Shown: piece after piece, positions 38,724-47,032 of the stretch | How positions within the stretch are numbered: position 1 is the stretch's first letter | Layout: each line of letters opens with the position of its first letter | NCBI GenBank assembly: GCA_964545575.1 | Contig: CAZJFL010000004.1 | Location: 9,512-73,511 of the forward strand | Source: an uncultured Planctomycetales bacterium | GTDB taxonomy: Bacteria; Omnitrophota; Gorgyraeia; Gygaellales; Profunditerraquicolaceae | DNA: 64,000 nt | Reading direction: 5' to 3' | The notes under the pieces: generated by a model | What the model was told of the DNA's origin: nothing | Database searches by the model: none | What the model saw: only the letters and a program-made list of their open reading frames with translations | Translations under genes and position numbers: made by a program

Positions 38724-40723
38724 AAAATCCTCTTTAGCGCCTCGCTTACGGTCAGGTTATCAGAAAGGGGCTGGATTTCTGGCTTTTTTTCCCACAACTC
38801 CTCTAGCACCCTCCCTAAATTAGCTGCCTCGCTGATATATATATTTTTTCTCTCTATAAGGCTAGCCAAGAACCTCTTGTGTTTTGCCCCTACTCCTGCG
38901 GCAGCAAAAGTCAAAACATAACGGCGGCTCGCCACAGCCTCGGAAATCATAGAGATGCTTTCCGGAGAAGTTATTACCAGGCGGCTCGCGCCTAGTATCC
39001 CGCCCACGGCAAAGGGCAGGTTTTTCTCATTGGCGATCACCAGAAACCTGCAGCGCGGATAATCGCTGAATTCCGCCCTGACTAACTCTTCTGCCTCTTT
39101 CGGGGTCCGGCGCGAAGTAGTCACCAGTATCAGCGCGTCATTTTTCTCTAAGAATGCCTTTACCTGGCTGATTACTTCCCGCAGAGAATCCCGGCTTAAG
39201 CGGAAATCCTTATTATCTCCTCCGATAAGCATCCCCAAAACCAGGTCTTTGTCAATCTTCGCCAAAGACTTCAAGAGCGCGGCTTCCTCTTTCAGCAAGT
39301 CCTCGTCTATTAAGTTTAACGCGCCCTCGATTAGCACGGTATTTTTCTTAAAAACCGGCCTGTGGCTTTGGCTAAAGGAAGCCAAACCCTGCCTGCCGGC
39401 AGGCAGGCATTGCCTTGCTGGCTGATCGTGCCGGGGTATAATCACCAAGTCAAATCTCTGCATACTGAAAACAGAAGGCCGCATCAGTACTACCGACTTA
39501 GCCAAGTTTTCCTTGGATAAAATAAAATTAACCGCGGCGAGCCCAGAACCGCAGGAAATAATCAAGTCGTATTTTTTTCTCGTCAGGGCTTGATAGGTAT
39601 CGGCGGTTAAAAATTTCTTCAGGCACCAGAGGCATCCCTGACAGTGGTATTTTCCGGCGAGGCAGGCGCTAAAAGTAAGGGCCTGGCTGCTCAGCCTATT
39701 TTTAAACTTTACCTCTATAATCTCGCTCTGGCTGTTTATCCCCCGGTCTTTAAAATGCCTTTGGGCTATCGCGGCCGTAGCCTGTGCCTGGCTGAGGTGG
39801 CCGGCTTTACCATCGCTTAAAATTAGGATATTCCTCTCTTGGGAATACTTCCAGATTTTATAAAACCAGAGGTATTGTTCAGGGTACCTGCTGATATAAT
39901 CCTGGAATATCTGCATCAATCCTTCTAGATTACGGCGGACGTCTTCTTCGCTATTACCGGTTTTTATCAGCTTAAAGGGGGGCACAAAAATAATTTTCAT
40001 ATACGGGCCGCGCAGGCGAACATAAAAACCCGGGATAATTGCCGCATCGTACTTTAAAGCCAGCCTCACCGCCCCGCTTGCCATAGAGGCATCCCGGCCG
40101 AAGAATCTAACCGGAACGCCGGAACTTCCTCCCTGATCAACGGTCATACCTATCGCCTGGTTATTTTTCAGTATCTGAATTAACTGACGGGTCTGATTTT
40201 TCCTCTGGACTAATTTAGCCCCTTTTTGGCTGCGGTAGGCATTCAGCAGCCGGTTTAAACGGAGAAGCTTTTGTTCGCGTATAAGTAAGAATAAAGGGAA
40301 GCCTAAGTTTGTGCAGACGACGTTAGAGATTTCCCAGCTTCCTCCGTGCGCCCCCAAAAGGATTACTCCTTTTCCCTTTTGAAAACCCTCCTCGATATGC
40401 TGCCTGCCTTCGCAAGTGACGTATTTGGCGATATATTGCTTATTCACCCGGGGAATAAGCAATATTTCTATCAGGCTCTGCCCGAAGTTGCGGTAAAAAT
40501 CTTTTGCGAGCTGTTTTAACTGGCGCGGTGAGAGCCTGTCCCCGAAAGCGGTTTTCAGGTTTGCGTAGGCGACTGCCCGGTGCTTGGCATCAAAACAATA
40601 AAACAATTCACCGATGGCCCGGCCTAAAAAGAAACTTACAAACAAGGGCATTACCCTAAAAATCGGCCCTGCCAGCCTAAAGATTATATATCCTGTCCAA
40701 TCGGCTAAAGAACTCTTCTTCAT
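38720..40723 (-). CDS. Lipid A biosynthesis acyltransferase (LpxL/HtrB family) fused to an ELM1/DUF1022-like C-terminal domain
   Basis: N-terminal 300 aa matches lauroyl/myristoyl acyltransferase; C-terminal domain of unknown function contains a palindromic element insert (QPARQCLPAGRQGLASFSQ). Confidence 0.65.
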   Translation of the reverse strand: MKKSSLADWTGYIIFRLAGPIFRVMPLFVSFFLGRAIGELFYCFDAKHRAVAYANLKTAFGDRLSPRQLKQLAKDFYRNFGQSLIEILLIPRVNKQYIAKYVTCEGRQHIEEGFQKGKGVILLGAHGGSWEISNVVCTNLGFPLFLLIREQKLLRLNRLLNAYRSQKGAKLVQRKNQTRQLIQILKNNQAIGMTVDQGGSSGVPVRFFGRDASMASGAVRLALKYDAAIIPGFYVRLRGPYMKIIFVPPFKLIKTGNSEEDVRRNLEGLMQIFQDYISRYPEQYLWFYKIWKYSQERNILILSDGKAGHLSQAQATAAIAQRHFKDRGINSQSEIIEVKFKNRLSSQALTFSACLAGKYHCQGCLWCLKKFLTADTYQALTRKKYDLIISCGSGLAAVNFILSKENLAKSVVLMRPSVFSMQRFDLVIIPRHDQPARQCLPAGRQGLASFSQSHRPVFKKNTVLIEGALNLIDEDLLKEEAALLKSLAKIDKDLVLGMLIGGDNKDFRLSRDSLREVISQVKAFLEKNDALILVTTSRRTPKEAEELVRAEFSDYPRCRFLVIANEKNLPFAVGGILGASRLVITSPESISMISEAVASRRYVLTFAAAGVGAKHKRFLASLIERKNIYISEAANLGRVLEELWEKKPEIQPLSDNLTVSEALKRIL
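39365..39420. repeat. Palindromic element family 2 copy (GCCAAACC-CTGCCTGCCGGCAGGCAGG-CATTGCCTTGC), in-frame in a CDS
   Basis: Shares more than 35 bp of identity with the intergenic copy at 41771-41816. Confidence 0.9.
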
Positions 40724-41717
40724 TTTTGTTTATCTTTAATTCTATACCTAGCACAAACACTCCCAACTCCCAACTTCCAGCTCCTGGCTGCGGGAGCCGC
40801 ACCGCATCCTTCTCGGTAGTAATGATGGTGTCTATGCCTTTGTTTTTCGATGCCCTTGCGATATGATCCATATCGTAAGGGGCATAATTATGGTGATCGG
40901 GGAAGCGTAAGGATAAACCTACCTTAATCCCTAAATTATCAACCAGGTTTTCAAAGGAATCGGGGTCGCCGATGCCGCAAACCAAAGTTACCTGCCTGCC
41001 TCTAAACACATCCGCACCAAAGAACAGAGAGGGTTTATCGATTTTATAAAAACCAGCGGGGTTATGCATAGCTTCAAAAACTGCGGCTTTGGCGTTAATG
41101 CTCCTTAAGAAATCTTTGATCTCCTGCGTATCCGGATTAAGGTTAGTCTTAGTTAAAACAAAAATATCCGCACGCTTTAAAGAAGAGAGCGGTTCGCGTA
41201 AAATCCCCCGGGGTAACATCTGGCGGTTTCCAAAGGGGTCGGTCGCGTCGATGGTTACGATCTCCAAATCCTTCTTGAGACGCCACTGCTGGAAGCCGTC
41301 ATCCAGGATGACCGTATCCAGGCCGTATTCGCTCACTGCCCTGTTTGCGCCGCGCCTCCTGTTTGCGTCTACTATTACCGGGACATCGGGCAGGCGCCGC
41401 CTGAGCATCAAAGGCTCATCCCCTATACCCACCGCTCTTTTATAACCGCGGCTTAAAACCGCTAACTTACGGCCCCGGCCTGCTAAATAGCGGGCAATAA
41501 ACTCTACCAGCGTAGTTTTGCCTGTTCCGCCTACGGTAATATTGCCGACGCTAATAACTTTACAATTCAGGCGATCAGGCTTAAGCAGAGAAAAAAAGAG
41601 CAAGATCCTGATTACCAGGCCGTAAAAAAGAGAGCAAATAAAGAGAAAAATCTTTAAAATTCCGGCGATAAAACCGCGCTCTTGGTCAGTAGCTAAATTA
41701 TAGAGGTATCTAAGCAT
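40677..41717 (-). CDS. lpxK: Tetraacyldisaccharide 4'-kinase
   Basis: P-loop VGGTGKT and the LpxK family fold; 346 aa. Confidence 0.88.
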   Translation of the reverse strand: MLRYLYNLATDQERGFIAGILKIFLFICSLFYGLVIRILLFFSLLKPDRLNCKVISVGNITVGGTGKTTLVEFIARYLAGRGRKLAVLSRGYKRAVGIGDEPLMLRRRLPDVPVIVDANRRRGANRAVSEYGLDTVILDDGFQQWRLKKDLEIVTIDATDPFGNRQMLPRGILREPLSSLKRADIFVLTKTNLNPDTQEIKDFLRSINAKAAVFEAMHNPAGFYKIDKPSLFFGADVFRGRQVTLVCGIGDPDSFENLVDNLGIKVGLSLRFPDHHNYAPYDMDHIARASKNKGIDTIITTEKDAVRLPQPGAGSWELGVFVLGIELKINKNEEEFFSRLDRIYNL

Positions 41718-41755
41718 AATTTAAGGTGGAATATTACACATCTTAAGTTAAGACA

Positions 41756-41878
41756 ATGGCTTTGGCTTGTATGGAAAGCCAAACCCTGCCTGCCGGCAGG
41801 CAGGCATTGCCTTGCCGGCTTATGGCTTTGGCTTATGTGGAAAGCCAAACCATTGCCTTACCGGCTTATGGCTTTGGT
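41756..41878. repeat. Composite intergenic copy of palindromic element family 2, with duplicated GGCTTTGGCTT-GGAAAGCCAAACC arm and core palindrome
   Basis: Seen directly; the two arm copies are 41756-41784 and 41823-41851. Confidence 0.85.
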
Positions 41879-42000
41879 GCTTATTCTTTAGCCACAATAT
41901 TTAATTTTAACACAAGCAATGAGTTATGCAACAATTCTTTAGGGGTAGCTAGGGCTTTAAAGCCGGGGTAAATCTTTGCGGAAGGAGTTAGATTTATTAT

Positions 42001-42723
42001 TTAGTCGTCTGTGGACATAAAGGAGAGGTTTCTTTCGATAAAACTGATAAGTTTCTCCTGAAGTGCGGGGGATAGGTGGCTAAACTCAACCCCCACCCCG
42101 GGATAGAAATGCGGCTGGATCTGTTTATCGGAAAGCCAGACTACCTTTGCCTCAAGCTCCATTTCTTCCTGCTTCGGTAGAAGTTTAAACTTAATCACTA
42201 CTTCGTCCCCGAGCTTAAACTTATCGCATCCGTAGATATAGGCCCCCACTGCGCTTAAATTAAGGATATCTACCTTCAGGCAGGCCGGATTCCTTTCGTA
42301 CTTATTCTTTAACTCGATTTTTATATCGATGGGCAGACGCTTAAACCTGCGGCGCAGCTGCATTTTCTGAATATTTTCGATGACCTTATCTTCTGCAAAG
42401 CTGTTTATGGCTGCTTCCTCGGTGGCATAAATATCTATCGCCGCGTCCAGCCCCGAGACGGAAAACACGTTTTTCAGGTGCGCCGGTATGCTGGCAAACT
42501 TCATCCTGCCGTGGTTGTTCATTATTTCTTTATAGGCGATGACGACCACGGAAATCCCCATGTAATCTACGGCCTCTACTTCTTCGAAGTTGCAGAGAAT
42601 ATCAGCATAGCCGTCACGGATGCACTGGCCGACGACCTCAATGAGGTTGGCCGCATTGACGTCGATGCGGCCGGTTAAGTCCAGTATGACTACTTTATCT
42701 TTTATCCTGGCCTTAATCTCCAT
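42001..42723 (-). CDS. STAS (anti-sigma-factor antagonist-like) domain fused to a C-terminal PilZ c-di-GMP-binding domain
   Basis: N-terminal SpoIIAA-like STAS (VVILDLTGRIDVNAANL); C-terminal RRxxR (LRRRFKR) and D-x-S-x-x-G (DILNLSAVGA) PilZ motifs. Confidence 0.7.
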   Translation of the reverse strand: MEIKARIKDKVVILDLTGRIDVNAANLIEVVGQCIRDGYADILCNFEEVEAVDYMGISVVVIAYKEIMNNHGRMKFASIPAHLKNVFSVSGLDAAIDIYATEEAAINSFAEDKVIENIQKMQLRRRFKRLPIDIKIELKNKYERNPACLKVDILNLSAVGAYIYGCDKFKLGDEVVIKFKLLPKQEEMELEAKVVWLSDKQIQPHFYPGVGVEFSHLSPALQEKLISFIERNLSFMSTDD

Positions 42724-42730
42724 CGGTTTT

Positions 42731-43120
42731 CTATTCTTTCAGGCGCAGGGGAATCAGCGAAATCATCGTGCTTACCCCGCGCAAAATATTATCCATATCG
42801 CAGGGCTTAGTCAGGTAATGGTCTGCCTCCAGGCCATAGCACTTCTTTAAAGTCTCTAGTTCCGTCTGCGCGCTGATAATAATCACCGGCCGCCACTTAT
42901 CCTTATATTTAGCCCTGACTTCTCTTAAAACATCAAAGCCGTTTAATTTAGGCATCATCAGGTCTAAAATAATCAGGTCGGGGTTATCTTCTTTGACGCG
43001 CCTTAATGCCTCTTCGCCGTCAAAGGCAGTCACCACTAGATAGCCCTCCCGAAGCAGCCTGGCCTTTATGGTTTCCACTACCTCCCGGTCATCGTCAGCG
43101 ACTAATAATTTATATGTCAT
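42731..43120 (-). CDS. Stand-alone response regulator receiver (CheY-like)
   Basis: DD acidic pocket, phospho-acceptor Asp in ILDLMMP, conserved K near the C-terminus; 129 aa. Confidence 0.85.
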   Translation of the reverse strand: MTYKLLVADDDREVVETIKARLLREGYLVVTAFDGEEALRRVKEDNPDLIILDLMMPKLNGFDVLREVRAKYKDKWRPVIIISAQTELETLKKCYGLEADHYLTKPCDMDNILRGVSTMISLIPLRLKE

Positions 43121-43153
43121 AGGCCTAATTTCCCCCCTGATATATTTTTTAAA

Positions 43154-43894
43154 TTAATATTTATAATAAGTTGCCGGTATGACCTGCGCGATGTAACGCA
43201 CCGCCTCGATGATACAGACGCGTATGGCTTTCTCCATGGGGGTGTTGGAATACATAGAGAGCCCTCCGCCTAATCCAAAGCTGCCGAAGAAGCCGCTCAT
43301 GATCGCGCCTCCCACATCAGAGGCCTGGCCTTGAACCCGGGTTGCAGCCAAGACTTCGGAAGTAGAGACGTCAACAATACGTATATCCATAGCCATATGG
43401 GATTTATTGAACGCGGCCCCTAAAATCCCTCCCAGAATACCGCTTCCCACGCTGCCTCCGCCTCCGATACCCGCCCTGCCTCCGGAAGCCTGCGGCTCAA
43501 ACTCGGTTACCGCAGCGGTAACGATTAAGTCCGCGGTTTTAATCTTGCCCCGCTGCGGGCCGCCGCTGCCTGCCTGCGTAGCTCCGGAACTGGAAAGTTC
43601 CTGTTCCTGCATCACCGCACTCAGCGCTTGCCTCTCTACTACCGAAAAACGGTTGCTGTTTACCAGGGCGGTGATCAACATCTCGCGTAACCCAGAGCCG
43701 ATCTGAAAGGTCGCCTGGGCAGCTTTCACGTCAAAATCAGCCACGGCAATGCGCGCCTTAGGCCCGGAATACGGGGGCATGGGCATTGTGCCGGCATCAT
43801 TATCGACCTGAGCTGTAGGCTGTATAGCAAAACTTAGGCAAATAAAAAAAGCTAAAACAAAGGTTACCGTTAATATTACCTTTTTCATCATCAC
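43154..43894 (-). CDS. CsgG-family secretion channel lipoprotein homolog
   Basis: Matches the CsgG core (RIAVADF.., ALVNSNRFSVVERQAL, IVDVSTSEVL); Gly-rich loop; no csgA/B/E/F nearby. Confidence 0.7.
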   Translation of the reverse strand: MMMKKVILTVTFVLAFFICLSFAIQPTAQVDNDAGTMPMPPYSGPKARIAVADFDVKAAQATFQIGSGLREMLITALVNSNRFSVVERQALSAVMQEQELSSSGATQAGSGGPQRGKIKTADLIVTAAVTEFEPQASGGRAGIGGGGSVGSGILGGILGAAFNKSHMAMDIRIVDVSTSEVLAATRVQGQASDVGGAIMSGFFGSFGLGGGLSMYSNTPMEKAIRVCIIEAVRYIAQVIPATYYKY

Positions 43895-43924
43895 TCCTCC
43901 CTTCGCATAAAAACAAGTATTATT

Positions 43925-44701
43925 TTAAATCCGCAAATATTTTCTGGAAAGGGCCACGACAAAAAGAGGCATGATAAAAATCCCGCAAAACGCCTCGAGA
44001 ATCCCTACTGCCTTGCTTAATCCTATCGGGACGATATCCCCGTAACCTACGGTGGTGAAAGTAACGGCGCTAAAATAAAATGCCTCCAAGAATTCCGGCC
44101 GAAAGAGTTCGCCGGCTTTGGATAAACCGCCCCAGAGATAAAAAATAGCGGATAAAAAAATAACCGCTAGCGCAAAAAAGAAAGCCCTGATCGGCCGTTC
44201 GCCGTAGCCCCAGACAAGATAGGAAAAAGTAAGCACTAACCAGAAAAATATATGCCTAAGTTTTACCCCGGCGCCCCTTTCCGCTTCGGCCCTGACGATA
44301 TGGTGGATTTTTTTGGGGCTGATAAAAGAATAGGCCAGGTATTTGCGGTAGCACTCCCTGGAGCGGTAAAAACAATCCGAAAAATTAACAAACTCTCCGT
44401 CCCGCTCGTAATTTATCGCCGCGTATTTATACAATAAAGAAGCGTACTCCAGGTCCCGGGAAACCTCCGACTGCCGAGCTGCCTCCTCATAATATAAGGC
44501 TGAATTAAAAAAGAGCCTCTCGCCGCATTTCTTGCTCCAGCAACCGGCTGCCGCAGCAAAACATAAAGCTGCCTGCTTATGCTGGCCTTTAGCTTTATAA
44601 ATATGCGCGGCCTCTTTAAACAAACTAAAGGCCTGGTCAAGCTCTCCCCGCGAAAGAAACTCGTGGGCCCGCTCTTCTAATAATTTGGCTTCTGTTTCCA
44701 C
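43925..44701 (-). CDS. Potassium channel (2-TM pore, TVGYGD filter) with N-terminal TPR-like cytoplasmic domain
   Basis: K+ selectivity signature TTVGYGD between two hydrophobic helices; N-terminal helical repeat domain. Confidence 0.75.
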   Translation of the reverse strand: METEAKLLEERAHEFLSRGELDQAFSLFKEAAHIYKAKGQHKQAALCFAAAAGCWSKKCGERLFFNSALYYEEAARQSEVSRDLEYASLLYKYAAINYERDGEFVNFSDCFYRSRECYRKYLAYSFISPKKIHHIVRAEAERGAGVKLRHIFFWLVLTFSYLVWGYGERPIRAFFFALAVIFLSAIFYLWGGLSKAGELFRPEFLEAFYFSAVTFTTVGYGDIVPIGLSKAVGILEAFCGIFIMPLFVVALSRKYLRI

Positions 44702-45159
44702 TGCTTTTCTATCTCTTGCCTCTGAATCTGGGTAATATAGGCATCTGCTTCTTCCATGCTTTTAAAAATATGCTGAGGCAGGGCCTTTAAAACATCAAAT
44801 ACTTTTTTAACCTGCGGCTGAAGATTAGTGATGATAATGGAACCGTTATTTTTCTCAAGCATTTCTTTTGTTTTAAAGATAACCCCCAGCCCCATACTGC
44901 TGATATAGATTACCCCCTGCATGTCAAAGATGATCAATTTGGCAGAGGCGCCTAAAACCGACCTGATCTTTTGCTCTAATTCCGGATAGGTCTCCGAATC
45001 AATAGAGCCCTCGGGAGAAATAGTAAAGACCCCCGCATGTTCCTGATTAACTTCTACACGAAGCGGCATAGCCCCTCCTTTGTTATTGCTGCATATCCTG
45101 CGGCATCCCCATTTCGTAGGAGAACTTTTTATATCCTGCGGGAACCTCAAATAGCGCAT
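44677..45159 (-). CDS. STAS domain anti-sigma-factor antagonist (SpoIIAA-like)
   Basis: STAS fold with conserved Ser in DMQGVIYISSMGLGV; likely start at the internal Met (MPLRVEV, ~45069). Confidence 0.75.
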   Translation of the reverse strand: MRYLRFPQDIKSSPTKWGCRRICSNNKGGAMPLRVEVNQEHAGVFTISPEGSIDSETYPELEQKIRSVLGASAKLIIFDMQGVIYISSMGLGVIFKTKEMLEKNNGSIIITNLQPQVKKVFDVLKALPQHIFKSMEEADAYITQIQRQEIEKQWKQKPNY

Positions 45160-45670
45160 CCGGCTGTGCGCCTGTCTTGATATTTTTGTATTCCATCATC
45201 CAGCTGCCATCTTCGGCTGCGCTTTTGACCGGGATATTCAAGCCGGGAACAATCCACTGCAAAGTAACCCATCTCCTGCCGCTATTGTCCGTATAAACGA
45301 TTCTGTATTTATCGGCTTTGCGGCCGTCGATGATTTCAGAGCCGATGAGCTTACGCTCTATCTCTCCGGGCATCTTTTCTGCGCTGGCGGCGATATTGGC
45401 AGGATTAAACGGTTCCTCCATATACATCTGCTGCGCGGGCATCAGGAGCCAGATTACCTTTTTATCCAGGCGCGTTATACTAATGCCCTGAGGGGTCTCC
45501 ATGCGCGTTTTTTGTTTGCTGGCAAAGATTTTTCCCTGAAAAGTCCTGCCTCCGGCGGTATTGCTGACATCCGCGGAAAAATCCTCTCCCAGGGCAATCC
45601 CTCTTAAAATAAAAACAGTAGCGATGATCAGCGATAGGGATAAAACTCTCTTTATTTTATTTTGCATCAT
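45083..45670 (-). CDS. Secreted hypothetical protein (signal peptide, beta-rich)
   Basis: Cleavable N-terminal signal, no recognisable family; first gene of the signalling cluster. Confidence 0.45.
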   Translation of the reverse strand: MMQNKIKRVLSLSLIIATVFILRGIALGEDFSADVSNTAGGRTFQGKIFASKQKTRMETPQGISITRLDKKVIWLLMPAQQMYMEEPFNPANIAASAEKMPGEIERKLIGSEIIDGRKADKYRIVYTDNSGRRWVTLQWIVPGLNIPVKSAAEDGSWMMEYKNIKTGAQPDALFEVPAGYKKFSYEMGMPQDMQQ

Positions 45671-45742
45671 CTGCTGCCCTCCTCTTTAGCATCTAATTAT
45701 ACCACGGATGATCATAAAACCAAAGCGGAAACGCCCTATAAA

Positions 45743-47032
45743 TTAAGGTAACAGGCGCTTTATAACTTCCAGATTCCTGCGGCTGGAGCCCCGGTTGCTT
45801 TCCAGCAACTCTTTTGCGCGCCGGCTTAACTCTCTGCCCAGAGAAGAACCGGATAATAAATCTTTAACTGCCTGCTCTAGCCCTGCCTGATCCTGCACTG
45901 ATATTGCCGCCTGATGGTTTAAGAAAAGCCCTGCGATATCTTTAAAATTAAACATGTATGGCCCGAATAAAACCGGCTTACCAAAGGCTACCGGCTCTAA
46001 GATATTGTGCCCGCCGGTTTTGGCTAAACTGCCGCCTATAAAAATAACCTCTGCGATAGCGTAGTAATTCAGAAGCTCGCCGATGCTATCCAAAATAAAT
46101 ACCGGCCTAGCAATACAATTGCAGGCTGCAAGGGGCAGCTGCGAAGCTAAAACCGGACGGAATCCGGCGCTGGAAACCAGATTTTCTATGCCCTTTGCCC
46201 GCTCGGGGTGCCGGGGGGCAATAAGCAGTTTCAGCTCAGGATAAGTAAGGCATAATTCTTGATATGCTCCGAGAATTATTTCTTCCTCTTGCGGATGCGT
46301 GCTTCCGGCAACGAAGAGCTTCTCGCCAGGCAGAAGCCCTAACTTAAGCTTATAGGCAGCGTAATCTTTCTCGGTATCTACGGTAATATCGAACTTCATG
46401 TTTCCAGTGACCTTGATTTTATCCGGCGCAACGCCTAAACTCCGTAGCCTTTCGGCATCGCGCTCTGTCTGGAGGCAAAAGAAATTGACCTTATTTAGTA
46501 TAGGCTTGGCCAAAAATCTGACCAAGCGATAGCCTCCAAGGGAGCGGTCAGATATTCTTCCGTTTACCACCAGTATAGGGATATTTTTCTTATAGAGGCA
46601 GGAAATGAGATTCGGCCAGATTTCTGTTTCAGCCAAAATAAAAACTTTGGGCCTGACCTTATTTATCACGTTCCTGATAATAAAACTAAAATCCAGCGGC
46701 AGGTAAGTGACTAAGTCCCCGTCTCTGGCAATTGTTTTGGCAATTTTATTACCGGTGGCGGTGACAGTAGAAATGACGAATTTTTTAGCGGGGTAGGCCT
46801 TCCTTAATTCTTCGATAAGCACCTTTACTGCCTGCGTTTCCCCGACGCTGACGGCGTGAATCCAGATCGGCTGATCAAGCGCTAAACCTTTCGGCAATAC
46901 CCCCAGGCGCGCCCAAAATCCGCGGTGAAACTTCCCGCGCAATAAATATATTGGCAGATATACGATGCTAATGACCAGAAATATTAAGTCGTAAATGATA
47001 AACATATTACATCGCCGCCCTATCCCTGTCAT
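45743..47032 (-). CDS. waaA: 3-deoxy-D-manno-octulosonic acid transferase
   Basis: GT30 KdtA N-terminal (IWIHAVSVGE) and C-terminal domains; 429 aa. Confidence 0.88.
   Translation of the reverse strand: MTGIGRRCNMFIIYDLIFLVISIVYLPIYLLRGKFHRGFWARLGVLPKGLALDQPIWIHAVSVGETQAVKVLIEELRKAYPAKKFVISTVTATGNKIAKTIARDGDLVTYLPLDFSFIIRNVINKVRPKVFILAETEIWPNLISCLYKKNIPILVVNGRISDRSLGGYRLVRFLAKPILNKVNFFCLQTERDAERLRSLGVAPDKIKVTGNMKFDITVDTEKDYAAYKLKLGLLPGEKLFVAGSTHPQEEEIILGAYQELCLTYPELKLLIAPRHPERAKGIENLVSSAGFRPVLASQLPLAACNCIARPVFILDSIGELLNYYAIAEVIFIGGSLAKTGGHNILEPVAFGKPVLFGPYMFNFKDIAGLFLNHQAAISVQDQAGLEQAVKDLLSGSSLGRELSRRAKELLESNRGSSRRNLEVIKRLLP

Noticed and set aside
41718-42000. Search for tRNA/ncRNA genes in the larger intergenic gaps (41718-42000, 31930-32399, 12677-12872, 55009-55223)
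   Set aside because: No cloverleaf-compatible segments were recognisable (no acceptor/T-arm GTTCRANYC-like motifs). The gaps are instead occupied by the repeat elements described.
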